Assembly: GCA_020072965.1 (NCBI GenBank)
Contig: JAIQFY010000011.1
Location: forward strand, 14,925 to 78,924
DNA: 64,000 bases
Source of the DNA: Terriglobia bacterium
GTDB lineage: Bacteria; Acidobacteriota; Terriglobia; JAIQFV01
Reading direction: 5' to 3'
Shown: positions 10,511 to 20,229 of the stretch, piece after piece
Layout of the letters: every line of letters starts with the position of its first letter
Position numbering within the stretch: the first letter of the stretch is position 1
Program-made: the position numbers and the translations under genes
The notes under the pieces: generated by a model
What the model saw: the letters and a program-made list of their open reading frames with translations, nothing else
The model's database searches: none
What the model was told of the DNA's origin: nothing

Positions 10511-11467
10511 ATGAAACTGAGAATCCTGCATCACGACAACTGTTTTGATGGTGCCTCCTCGGCGGCGTTGTTCAGTCGTTTTTACCGCGAGATGGTCAAT
10601 CCTCAGGCGGAGATTTGTTACACGGGGTTGACTCATAAATCGGAAAAACAGTTCAACGAATGCCTGTTTGACGGCGATGAAAATGTCATTGTGGATTTCA
10701 AATACTCTCCCTCGCCCCGCCTCACCTGGTGGTTCGACCACCACAAGAGCGCCTTTCTCACCAAGGAGGATGAGGACCATTTCCGCCAGGATCAAAGCGG
10801 GAAGAAATTTGTCAATCCCGAATTTAAGTCATGCACCAAGTTCATCGCGACGACGCTGGCAGAAAGGTTCAATTTCAAGGTCAACGGGCTTTCGGAGTTG
10901 ATTTACTGGGCCGATATCATTGATGGGGCCCAGTATCCGGATGCTCGATCAGCCGTGGAGATGAAGGAGTCGGCGATGAGGTTGACGCTGCTGATTGAAT
11001 CCAACCGCGAACCGGGACTCCTGCAGCAGATCATCCGTGAACTTGCGGTCCGGCCCCTGGCCGATCTGGCGTCGGAGTATTGCACCGGCGAGCGGTTCAA
11101 AAAGCTTTGGGCGCAGCATGAGCGGGCGATTCGATTGATCAACGAGCGGGCCATCACTGACCGGGGTGTCGTGTTCTTCGATCTCAGCGACGTGGACGTG
11201 GAAGGATATAACAAGTTCATCCCCTACTTTCTCCATCCGGAGTGCGTGTATACCGTCAGTGTGCTCTCGACTCCCATGCGGGCCAAGGTTTCGGTCGGCT
11301 CGAACCCGTGGAACCAGTCGAGGCGCACCCATAATCTCGCCGAAATCTGTGAACGCTATGGCGGCGGTGGTCATGCGCAGGTTGCTGCCATTTCCTTCCC
11401 TACCTGTGATCTCGAGAGCGCCAAGAAAGCCGCACGACAAATTGTTGAAGAACTTCAAGACGCGTAG
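10511..11467 (+). CDS. DHH-family phosphoesterase (NrnB-like)
   Basis: HHDNCFDG, IVDF, WFDHH, GGGGHAQV. Confidence 0.85.
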   Translation: MKLRILHHDNCFDGASSAALFSRFYREMVNPQAEICYTGLTHKSEKQFNECLFDGDENVIVDFKYSPSPRLTWWFDHHKSAFLTKEDEDHFRQDQSGKKFVNPEFKSCTKFIATTLAERFNFKVNGLSELIYWADIIDGAQYPDARSAVEMKESAMRLTLLIESNREPGLLQQIIRELAVRPLADLASEYCTGERFKKLWAQHERAIRLINERAITDRGVVFFDLSDVDVEGYNKFIPYFLHPECVYTVSVLSTPMRAKVSVGSNPWNQSRRTHNLAEICERYGGGGHAQVAAISFPTCDLESAKKAARQIVEELQDA

Positions 11468-11488
11468 TTTCTCCCAGCTTTCCATCTT

Positions 11489-11509
11489 AACGACTGAAGT
11501 CGTTACTAC
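11489..11509 (-). repeat. GTAG-type REP palindrome
   Basis: AACGACTGAAGTCGTTACTAC, 1 mismatch to the copy at 10420. Confidence 0.7.
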
Positions 11510-11599
11510 GGCAATCAAGGGAAAAATCATGTCGGCTGTGTCCTGATGTGATATTGTTTCATCTTCAAAAAGGACGTTCGAGAAGGGAATCCATCGCCG

Positions 11600-12052
11600 A
11601 TGAGCGTTCAGCGCAGGCAACCCGGACGGCGGTTTCATTTTCATACTTCACTGCAGGTCCGGTTTCGGGATGTCGATGTCAAGGGCCATGTCAACCATGC
11701 CGTATATTTTTCTTATTTTGAAATGGCCCGATGTGAATACTGGATGTCGTTATTTTCATTGGCGCACTTGAGCGACATTGACTTTATCGTGGTGCATGCC
11801 GAATGCAATTATCTCCAGCCGGCCCAATATGCCGAATGGCTGGAAGTTTATGTGGCCGTCACCGGAATCCGGAACTCGAGCTTTGTGATGGAGTATGAGG
11901 CGAGGTCGCGTCGGCCCCGCCGGGTCGTGGCAACGGGCTCGACCATCCAGGTGATTTATGATTACTCCGGGGATCAAACGAAAAGGGTTCCATTGTCGGT
12001 GCGCCGAAAAATCGAGAGGTTTGAGAAGCGCCCGTTGTCGACGGCTCTATAG
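11600..12052 (+). CDS. Acyl-CoA thioesterase (4HBT/YbgC hot-dog family)
   Basis: VRFRDVDVKGHVNHAVYFSYFEMAR. Confidence 0.88.
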   Translation: MSVQRRQPGRRFHFHTSLQVRFRDVDVKGHVNHAVYFSYFEMARCEYWMSLFSLAHLSDIDFIVVHAECNYLQPAQYAEWLEVYVAVTGIRNSSFVMEYEARSRRPRRVVATGSTIQVIYDYSGDQTKRVPLSVRRKIERFEKRPLSTAL

Positions 12053-12073
12053 GCTTCGCGGCGTTAATTCCAG

Positions 12074-13345
12074 ATGGGAGTTCCTGTGGTCAGACGTGTC
12101 GTCATTACCGGGATTGGGGCGGTGAGCCCCAATGGGATGGGCCGCGAAACCTTTTGGGACAATACCCGGAAGGGCGTCAGCGGAGTGGATACGATTTCGC
12201 TTTTTGATTCGTCTCACCTCTCAGCGCGTATTGCCGGGGAAGTGAAGAATCTTGACGGGGACGGCTTCGTCAAATACAAGGACCGCCCTCATGTGTCGCG
12301 CGTGGTACCCATGGCATTGGCTGCGTCCGACGAGGCGCTCCGCGATGCGGATTTAAATGTCGATTCCATGGCCAAGGAGGAGAAGCAGCAGATCGGTGTC
12401 ATGCTCGGGACAGGCGGAGGGTCGGTTGAATTTACAGAGGAGATGTACCGGCTCTATTATACCGGCCAATCCAAAAGGGTCTCTGTGTATACAATTCCCT
12501 CTTCCACTATCGGCACCCTGGCCAGTGAGATATCCATGCGCTTCGGCCTCCGGGGTCTGAGCCACGTCGTCTCGACAGGATGCACCTCCTCCACCGATGC
12601 CCTTGGGCATGCCGCACTCATGATTCGCTCCGGAATGATTGACCGGTTTCTCGTCGGCGGCGCCGATGCGCCTATTGCCCCCCTGATTATGGGGGCCTTC
12701 TGCCTCATGCGGATTCTTACCTCCTCCTGGAACCACGACCCCAAGCGCGCTTCGCGTCCATTTTCACAAAGCCGCGACGGGTTTGTGCTGGGTGAAGGGG
12801 CGTGGATGTTCGTTCTCGAGGAACTTCAACTGGCACGTGCACGCGGCGCCCGGATTTATGGCGAAGTGGCCGGATACGGCTCCACCTGCGACGCCTACCA
12901 TCGCGTCCGTATGGATGAGAGCGGCGAAGAGCCTGCCCGCGCTATGAGTCTCGCGCTGAAGGAAGCCCACTTGACAACCCGGGAGGTCGATTACATTAAC
13001 CTCCATGGAACCTCCACGCTGCTCAATGACCGCATTGAAACCCGGGCGGTCAAACTGTGCTTCGGCGACAGAGCGTCGACGTTGCCCGGATCTTCGCTGA
13101 AATCCATGATTGGGCACCCCCAGGGTGCCTGTGGGGCGGCCGGCGTAGCTGCTTCTCTGCTGGCCATGCGCGACGATGTCCTGCCTCCCACGATTAACCT
13201 GGATGACCCCGATTCAGAATGCGATCTCGACTATATTCCTGACGTCGGACGGCGAAAGGAGATCAATGTGGCGCTCTGTAATTGCATCGCATTCGGATCC
13301 AAGAATTCAGCGCTCGTTCTGAAGCGAGTGAATGGGAAAAATTAG
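12074..13345 (+). CDS. Beta-ketoacyl synthase (FabF/type II KS-alpha-like)
   Basis: Cys-His-His triad: STGCTSS, NLHGTST, KSMIGH; also RDGFVLGEG. Confidence 0.9.
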   Translation: MGVPVVRRVVITGIGAVSPNGMGRETFWDNTRKGVSGVDTISLFDSSHLSARIAGEVKNLDGDGFVKYKDRPHVSRVVPMALAASDEALRDADLNVDSMAKEEKQQIGVMLGTGGGSVEFTEEMYRLYYTGQSKRVSVYTIPSSTIGTLASEISMRFGLRGLSHVVSTGCTSSTDALGHAALMIRSGMIDRFLVGGADAPIAPLIMGAFCLMRILTSSWNHDPKRASRPFSQSRDGFVLGEGAWMFVLEELQLARARGARIYGEVAGYGSTCDAYHRVRMDESGEEPARAMSLALKEAHLTTREVDYINLHGTSTLLNDRIETRAVKLCFGDRASTLPGSSLKSMIGHPQGACGAAGVAASLLAMRDDVLPPTINLDDPDSECDLDYIPDVGRRKEINVALCNCIAFGSKNSALVLKRVNGKN

Positions 13346-13441
13346 AACATTTGGGGCAAACACCTTACCCTTATAAATTTCGAACAGGTTAAGAGTACGG
13401 TGTCGGTCCCTTCATTGATTAGATTCCCCAAAGGCTCACTT

Positions 13442-14149
13442 ATGTCACTCCGGCGACCCGACCGAATCCGCCAGGAGGAGCTCCTTGATTCCGGTGCGGG
13501 CTCCCCCGAGGAGATTGCCGCCAGCCTTCGCGATCTCCGCCGGATTAATCGATACCTGGGCGGTCACCGCGTCAGCCTGATTCCGATACGGGAACTGGTG
13601 CGGAGCCTCTCCCTCAAGCAGTTTTCGCTTCTGGATGTCGCCACAGGAGGCGCCGACCTTCCCGTGGCAGCCGCCCGGTGGGCACAACGCATTGCCTTGC
13701 CTTGTCGCGTGGTGGGCCTGGATATCAGCTCACGACACCTGGCTTTTGCCCGCGAGAGCATTCAGCAATTTCCGGGAATCCGGTTGGTTCGAGGCGACAT
13801 CGATCACCTGCCGTTTGCCCCCTCCAGTTTTGATTTTGTGAATACCTCGTTGTTCTTGCATCACGTCGCGGACGCTGAGGTCGCGCCATTTCTAAAGACC
13901 CTGACCTCACTGGCCAGAGTGGCCGTCATCATCAACGATCTTCAACGCCACTGGGTCCCATATTTTTTCCTGAAACTGACCCAGCCTGTTTTCGCTCGAA
14001 GCCGCATCACGCAGTTTGATGGCTTTGCTTCGCTGCGCCAGGGCTTTACGCCCGGTGAAATGAGAGCCCTGGCCGAGAACACGGGGATCGCGAACATTTC
14101 GGTGACCCGTCGTTTCCCTTACCGCTTGGCGATGGTGATACCCAAATGA
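13442..14149 (+). CDS. SAM-dependent methyltransferase
   Basis: ELLD...DLRRINRYLGG, LLDVATGGAD, SLFLHH, INDLQR. Confidence 0.85.
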   Translation: MSLRRPDRIRQEELLDSGAGSPEEIAASLRDLRRINRYLGGHRVSLIPIRELVRSLSLKQFSLLDVATGGADLPVAAARWAQRIALPCRVVGLDISSRHLAFARESIQQFPGIRLVRGDIDHLPFAPSSFDFVNTSLFLHHVADAEVAPFLKTLTSLARVAVIINDLQRHWVPYFFLKLTQPVFARSRITQFDGFASLRQGFTPGEMRALAENTGIANISVTRRFPYRLAMVIPK

Positions 14150-14236
14150 TGGACCCCGCAGCAAGGAAGGGGGACCCGTTCTCCCGTCCCAATGAGCTTG
14201 TTTCTGAACAACACCGGCAGCCAAGGAACCCTGAGG

Positions 14237-15418
14237 ATGAACACTCCATTTGATGTCATCATTGTGGGCGCGGGTCCGGCGGGTAGTTCTGCGGCGATTG
14301 CTCTTGCCTCTCGGGGCTGGCATGTAGCCTTAATGGAAAAGCAGACCTTCCCCCGCGACAAGCTCTGCGGCGAGTTTATTTCCCCCGAGGGGATCAGTGA
14401 CTTTGCAAGACTCGGGGTCCTCCCTGCCCTATTGAAGAAGGAACCTGCCCCCGTCCACAGGGTGAGGGTAACCCTCTCTGCCGATCATCAAGTTCGGATC
14501 GAACTGCCGGAATTCGGATGGGGACTCAGCCGCTATGCCCTGGATCAGGTCCTTTTTGAGCATGCAAGGGCTCTGGGAGTGGAATGCCATGAGAATTCTC
14601 CCGTCCACACGATCAAGGGAGATCTCGAACGAGGATTTCGCGTAGAGGTCGGCCCTCAGAGTAGCTCACGAGTAGTTCTCAAGGCGAAAACGGTGATCGC
14701 AGCAACAGGCCGATGGTCCAATGTTCCTCGCGACCCGCTCCATGCTGTGCATGGACGGAAGCGGTTGAAGCGGTTTGTAGGGATCAAGGCCCATTTTCAG
14801 GGTGAGCCCAATCTGGATGATGCCGTCGAACTACACTTTTTCCAGGCGGGATATTGCGGCTTAAATCGTATTGAGGGCGGCGAGATCAATCTGTGCGCCC
14901 TGGTTGAGGAGGAATTTGCAACCCGATTTGCCAGAAGCTGGGAGGCCTTGATTGAGGCGGCCGCGGGACAGAATCCTCATCTCGATAATCGTATTCGAGC
15001 CATGAGACGGTCTTCAGAATTTCTCGTGACAAGCCCGGTCATCTTTCAAAAACGGGAGAGAATTCTCCGCGACATCTTCATGGTAGGTGATGCCGCAGGC
15101 TTCCTCGACCCGTTCAGCGGCGACGGGATTTCGACGGCTGTTCGATCCGCTACTCTGGCCTCCCGGTGCATCGACGACGTGATGCGGGGAAACGTCTCCA
15201 ATGAACGAACAATGAAAAATTACGACCGGGCTTACCAGTCAGAATTCGGACGAAGATTCTTATTTTCCCGGATCATCCGCAACGCGCTGTCCTTAGGCGG
15301 CATCCCGCCGGCTTTTTCTCGCCTTCAGGCGAGGATTCCGGCCCTGGGCAAATGGGTGGTAAGACAAACCAGGGGAGAGGTGTCGGGTGCCGGGTGTCAG
15401 GTGTCGAGAGAAAGATAG
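14237..15418 (+). CDS. FAD-dependent oxidoreductase (geranylgeranyl reductase/halogenase-like fold)
   Basis: IVGAGPAG, FPRDKLCGEFIS, VGDAAGFLDPFSGDGIS. Confidence 0.85.
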   Translation: MNTPFDVIIVGAGPAGSSAAIALASRGWHVALMEKQTFPRDKLCGEFISPEGISDFARLGVLPALLKKEPAPVHRVRVTLSADHQVRIELPEFGWGLSRYALDQVLFEHARALGVECHENSPVHTIKGDLERGFRVEVGPQSSSRVVLKAKTVIAATGRWSNVPRDPLHAVHGRKRLKRFVGIKAHFQGEPNLDDAVELHFFQAGYCGLNRIEGGEINLCALVEEEFATRFARSWEALIEAAAGQNPHLDNRIRAMRRSSEFLVTSPVIFQKRERILRDIFMVGDAAGFLDPFSGDGISTAVRSATLASRCIDDVMRGNVSNERTMKNYDRAYQSEFGRRFLFSRIIRNALSLGGIPPAFSRLQARIPALGKWVVRQTRGEVSGAGCQVSRER

Positions 15419-15451
15419 TTCTCAGTTGTCAGTTCTCAGTTGTCAGTGATC
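15379..15451 (+). repeat. Heptamer tandem repeats
   Basis: GGTGYCR x4 (15379-15406), then AGTTSTC x4 plus AGTGATC (15417-15451). Confidence 0.75.
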
Positions 15452-15573
15452 GGAAACGAGAAGTGAGATTTAGAAGCACATAATCCGCCGGCATTGACGC
15501 CTTCCTTTAATCTCCAAGGTTTCAGTTCGGAACGGAGTCAAAACCCCGGATTATTGAATCCAAAGGGTTGGCC

Positions 15574-15831
15574 TCAGGATTCCGTCAGGTTGTTTTCCGG
15601 TTCGTAGAGTCGGAGGCTGCCATCGGCGGTATCAAAGGCGGCATGCGTGGTGTGTCCCTCGGCGCACCGGTAAATCGCGTAACTCGAAGTCCCGAGGATA
15701 ATCTTCCCCGCCGGATCAACCGAGGCTCCCTCGCCGAACTGTTCGGTGAGCTTCGCCGTCGACATGCAGACTCGACAGCCAATTTTCTCCGGAATCCGGG
15801 GACGATCGTCATCCAGTTCAGGATTTGACAT
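15574..15831 (-). CDS. Small hypothetical protein, possible zinc ribbon
   Basis: CRVC...YRCAEGH; AGGAGG RBS upstream. Confidence 0.6.
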   Translation of the reverse strand: MSNPELDDDRPRIPEKIGCRVCMSTAKLTEQFGEGASVDPAGKIILGTSSYAIYRCAEGHTTHAAFDTADGSLRLYEPENNLTES

Positions 15832-16030
15832 GAATCGCTTGATGCCTCCTTGAAAATCGCTCTTTGTTCACCTGCCATCGGCCCCCTACCCGGGATAGCG
15901 GCACACCGAAATCATTATGCTGTTCTGCGGGACCTGCCCGCCTGGGGAATCGTTGCCGTCCGAACAATTTTACGCTATAGTCTCGGCGCTCCAAACAAGT
16001 GTCTAGAGGGCGATGTCGGCTTTGACGCCG

Positions 16031-16468
16031 ATGGACAGGCAAAATGACGCTGACCAAGAGATTCTAAAAGCATCGACGGAGTTGTTCATGGACAAGAAGG
16101 TGGAGCAACAGTTGGAGAAGCTGATTGCGGGGTTTTGCGATTATGAAATGATCTTCTACCCCCGGTCGGCGCTCGATGGTCAAAGAGCCATTTTGGAGTT
16201 CCACTTTGAGGGAATTACCGAGCAGACGCAAAAAATGGAACGCCTGATCATCGTGCGCAAGGGCAAGGCAATGGAGATCGAAATCGCCAAGAGTTCAGAA
16301 ATGAAATATGAATACGGCGATTTCCGCCACCAGGTTGAAGAGGGCGAGCCTATCCGGAACCGTTTGCGGGGGGATGAAGAAGTGATCCTCATCGTGCGCT
16401 CAGAGTTTTCGACCAAGCCCAAGGGTCCGCATATTTCAACAAAGGTCATTGAAGTCTACGAACATTGA
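16031..16468 (+). CDS. Hypothetical protein
   Basis: About 145-aa ORF with protein-like composition, divergent from the 15831 gene; start 16013 or 16031. Confidence 0.65.
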   Translation: MDRQNDADQEILKASTELFMDKKVEQQLEKLIAGFCDYEMIFYPRSALDGQRAILEFHFEGITEQTQKMERLIIVRKGKAMEIEIAKSSEMKYEYGDFRHQVEEGEPIRNRLRGDEEVILIVRSEFSTKPKGPHISTKVIEVYEH

Positions 16469-16631
16469 TTAAAAAAGAAGTGAACATTAAAAAGTGGCCA
16501 CTGAATCGTCAGAGACCGCCTTGGCAGAGCTCCCTGTCTATCTCGCAACTTGTCACTGTTTACTCTTTGCGGCTCTTCGGTTCACTGGGCCCTCCCCGCT
16601 TGTAACTCCCACTTCAACTCCCCTCGCCGGT

Positions 16632-19600
16632 TCATGAGAATGGAACTATCACGATGTTCCCGTTCGGGCCAAAGAAGGTAATACCCACCGTTTCTCCGCT
16701 ATTCGATGTGTTGATCAGAATAATTTGAGTTGTGAAGCCGCCACCGTCGACCACCTGGGGGATAAAGAGCGGGCCAATCGGCGGATTATTGAGATCAGCC
16801 ACAGGCAAAGTCGAGTAGATTTCTTCACCGCGCTCATTATGCGTCAGGCGCAACGTTATCAAAGCGAGCGGCTGGTTGCTTTGAATGGTCAGTACTCCTT
16901 TAAATTCTGATGGAATCGAGACCGATGAGAAAAGTTGTTCAATGAACGCCGCGAGGTGGATGTTCGGATCAACATTTATGCTTGTCGTCCGGTCAAACGA
17001 GCCGTCCAGGCTAACGAGGTGGAGGGTTACGCTGGCCGATGAAGCATTTCGATTGACCAGCGCAATTCCGGTATTGCGGTCCAGTGGCACAGAAGACCGT
17101 TCGATGTAAACGCGGGCGTTGGTCGTCGGAATTGCATTTAAGACTCCAGCCTGTGAGGATTGGCCGGTAGCGCCCTTTCCTGCAAAGATCACTGCCCCCG
17201 CAGGAAGCTGCCCGGATGTAGGCGTCACCACGGCATAGGCTACCTTCAGCCCTCCCTGCCCTGTCGTCGAAAACTTCTGCATGCCATTGGCGCTTATTGA
17301 ATAGAATAAGGAACTGACCGGTCCGCTGCCAAAATCCAGCAAGATAGGAGTTCCGGCATCCCTGAAAAGCGATATAGTTCCGGCAATGGTTGATCCGGAG
17401 GTGTTCATCAGCAAGATCTGAGTTGGATTCCCGTTTCCATCCAGGATTTGAGAGAAGATCAGGTTTGAGCCAACAGGAGTGACCGTGGGATCGACCACAG
17501 GCAAGGCACTGAAAATCGATTCAGGGGGATGGTCATTGGGGGCGGAGCGTAAGTTGACCGCAGCAAAAGGAGCTGATGCAGTAAAGGTCAGGGTCCCCAG
17601 AAATGAACTGCCCAAAGCTGAACAACCGAACTGACTGGCAAATTGAGCAACCTTTCCCAAGGGTGGAACTGTTACAGCCGGACATGAACTGGACACGCCA
17701 TTTTGATCTCTCAGCGTCAAATTGACTGTCAATGCAGTATTGCCCGGGTTCACCAGTGCAACGCCGCTATCGCGGCCGTTCGCCGCATCGAAGTCCACGA
17801 ACACCCTCGATGAGGTCGCGGGGGCAACCGCCGGCACGCCGGCTTCAGTAATGAGGGCTCCGCTTTGTCTCTGTGCAAAAATCGCCAAACCGACGGGTGG
17901 AGGACCTGCCGGGTTCGTCACCTGACCGTAAGTGACCGAGGCGAACTGTCCCTGCCCGGAGGAGATTTTCGAAACGCCACCACTCGCCGGGAGTTGGGCG
18001 CTGAAAACAGAAGAAACCAGGGTGGTGTCGACACTGCCCCGTCCGTTGGTTGCAGTTGAAAAAAATGACTGCCAGGCCTGGCGTATCGTATCAATCTTGG
18101 CAAGGTCCGCCGCGGAAGGCGTCGTGTTCCTTTGCACCAGCAAGATCCATGCTTGCCGAAATGCTTTTTGCGACGTAGCCGGGGTGGGCGTTCGAACGCC
18201 ATTCGGCCTGGTACCGCCACCAGGAAGCGGGACGCTCGCCGTAATGATGTCGTTAACGGTAACAGTGTGTTTAGTCCCACCGAAAGTAATACGAATGGCG
18301 GGCGGGGACCCGTTGGCTCGACCTCCGGCCCCTGTAGGATTAAACACGGCAAATGTGGGGGAGATTTCCGACTGGTCTTTAAGACCCATCAGATATTGAT
18401 CGAGATCGCTGTATTTCGAAGTGGCATCGTCTTTTGTTGTGAAGGTCCCGTTACCATTGTCCTGAATGTCGTTCCCTTCCATAACCGATCCGTCCGAATT
18501 GAAAAAGAAACTCCAGTGAGCGCAATCGCGCCCCAGGATTGTGTTTACAAAAGTCTGCGGACTCGTCGTCGGATCGCAGATTGCCCCCGGGATGTCAACG
18601 AAAGACATCCAGCGGTGCCCAAATTCCTGCCCGATCACCTCCACGGTGCTGTTCGTCCCCAGGAAAATCTGGTTGGGATCATTGGGATATTGACTGAGCG
18701 GCCCCAGGGTAAGAAAGCTCCGGAGACGTCCTTTCGTCCCCCAAGCCGGGTCGGGCTGGAACACGGGGAGGACCCCCAAGCCGGTAGCGTCATTGCTGAC
18801 ATTTTCTTCAAAGGCGAACGCGCCGGATCCTAAATTGAAATTAAAATTTGTCAGGAATGTAATGAAATCGTAATCGTCACCATGGCTCTGAAAAAATTTC
18901 TGGGCGAGAGCCGTCCTTGAAATCTGCGTAGAGGTCGAGAAGAATTCGAAGACGACACCGAATTCAGGAGTGGATGTAGTCAACGTCGTGTAATCCACAA
19001 CGGAAGGCGGGCTTCCCAGATTGTTTCCCGGCGCGATCCCCACAACGCCTTCCGATGTTCCCATTCCGTTATAGGAGAACTCTATGGATCCATTCGCAAA
19101 CAAAACGACTTCGAAGGTATTGTGGTTCCGATTGACGTTGGAGCAGAAATCACTGAAATTCGGGATGTCATTCCAAATGGCGATGAACCGATCGCTTCGT
19201 TGGAGCGTCCTGATATCCCCCGTCCCACAACCCGGTTCGAGGTCGGCAAAAAGGGGGCCAATGCGAGGCTGACGGCCCATGAAACGGACGACGTCACGTT
19301 CATCGCTGGTGGAATCGCCGGAACCAAATGTCAAATGGCCATCCGAACCGACAAACACACTCGTGTAAGTTTGGCCAAAGAAAGTAAAAGTGAACCCACC
19401 CGAGAACGAAACCTGCGTGGCGTCGTCATCCGAAAGGTTGGGTCCGGGGGGCTGTCCAGGGGCAGGTGCGGCGGTGCCCGGCACGAGGACCGAACCTGCC
19501 GCCGGATCAAAATTTTGTGCGATTTTATTCACCAAATAGCCCGAGCCGTTTGGCGTGAACCGGATATTGCTGCTATCCAGATCGAAGAGATTCGCGGGAA

Positions 19601-19889
19601 AAACGACGGTTCCATCATCCTCGATGACCGCAATATTTCCTTGATCCGCATTCAGGGTATTCTGTTTCAATGAAAACTTAGGACCCTGTTGGCGATATTT
19701 GAAGTTCTGTGAGTTGCGGGCGGTGTCATTCCAATTCCCCGGATAGGTCCCGTCGACGAATCCGCCTTCCCGCAATCGCTCGGGTGAAACCTGTGGCCGA
19801 TTGGATCGGGCCAAAAGCGAAGTGGGCAGACCCAGAATCGCAAAATAAATTAAGAAGGAAAACACCATTCTTTTGAGTGAAAGCTTCAT
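16632..19889 (-). CDS. Large secreted protein: nidogen-like N-terminal region, zincin-like QEFGH motif, duplicated C-terminal beta domains
   Basis: Signal peptide; FTFFGQTYTSVFVGSDGHLTF, IGPLFADL, TFEVVLF; GQEFGHRW...AHWS; repeated SQILDGNGNPTQILLMNTS / PQVVDGGGFTTQIILINTS. Confidence 0.75.
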   Translation of the reverse strand: MKLSLKRMVFSFLIYFAILGLPTSLLARSNRPQVSPERLREGGFVDGTYPGNWNDTARNSQNFKYRQQGPKFSLKQNTLNADQGNIAVIEDDGTVVFPANLFDLDSSNIRFTPNGSGYLVNKIAQNFDPAAGSVLVPGTAAPAPGQPPGPNLSDDDATQVSFSGGFTFTFFGQTYTSVFVGSDGHLTFGSGDSTSDERDVVRFMGRQPRIGPLFADLEPGCGTGDIRTLQRSDRFIAIWNDIPNFSDFCSNVNRNHNTFEVVLFANGSIEFSYNGMGTSEGVVGIAPGNNLGSPPSVVDYTTLTTSTPEFGVVFEFFSTSTQISRTALAQKFFQSHGDDYDFITFLTNFNFNLGSGAFAFEENVSNDATGLGVLPVFQPDPAWGTKGRLRSFLTLGPLSQYPNDPNQIFLGTNSTVEVIGQEFGHRWMSFVDIPGAICDPTTSPQTFVNTILGRDCAHWSFFFNSDGSVMEGNDIQDNGNGTFTTKDDATSKYSDLDQYLMGLKDQSEISPTFAVFNPTGAGGRANGSPPAIRITFGGTKHTVTVNDIITASVPLPGGGTRPNGVRTPTPATSQKAFRQAWILLVQRNTTPSAADLAKIDTIRQAWQSFFSTATNGRGSVDTTLVSSVFSAQLPASGGVSKISSGQGQFASVTYGQVTNPAGPPPVGLAIFAQRQSGALITEAGVPAVAPATSSRVFVDFDAANGRDSGVALVNPGNTALTVNLTLRDQNGVSSSCPAVTVPPLGKVAQFASQFGCSALGSSFLGTLTFTASAPFAAVNLRSAPNDHPPESIFSALPVVDPTVTPVGSNLIFSQILDGNGNPTQILLMNTSGSTIAGTISLFRDAGTPILLDFGSGPVSSLFYSISANGMQKFSTTGQGGLKVAYAVVTPTSGQLPAGAVIFAGKGATGQSSQAGVLNAIPTTNARVYIERSSVPLDRNTGIALVNRNASSASVTLHLVSLDGSFDRTTSINVDPNIHLAAFIEQLFSSVSIPSEFKGVLTIQSNQPLALITLRLTHNERGEEIYSTLPVADLNNPPIGPLFIPQVVDGGGFTTQIILINTSNSGETVGITFFGPNGNIVIVPFS

Positions 19890-20135
19890 AACTCTCCTTG
19901 ATTTTCTTTGGTTTACGAAAGGGTTACGGAACTCAACTGATCCCGGATGATAAGAAGTCCTTTAGATGCCACCAACCGGCGATTGGTTTAATCTCGCTCC
20001 CCTCATTGCCGCGGTTATTCGTTGAAGTCCAATTTCGATTCCCGTCTTGTGAATTCACTTTGGCTTTCCAGAAGGTGCTCTTGTTGGGACGTACGGCCGT
20101 ACACCTATAAGCTTCCATTTCCTTAAGGTGCCCTC

Positions 20136-20225
20136 GTAGGGGCGCACAGCCGTGCGCCCAGAGAGGGGTTACACGGGGCATTCGGTTTCCATACCATGTT
20201 AGGGCGCACGGCTGTGCACCCCTAC
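20136..20225. repeat. Inverted REP doublet (GTAG family)
   Basis: GTAGGGGCGCACAGCCGTGCGCCC (20136-20159) and inverted copy GGGCGCACGGCTGTGCACCCCTAC (20202-20225); degenerate third copy near 20086. Confidence 0.8.
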
Positions 20226-20229
20226 ACAG

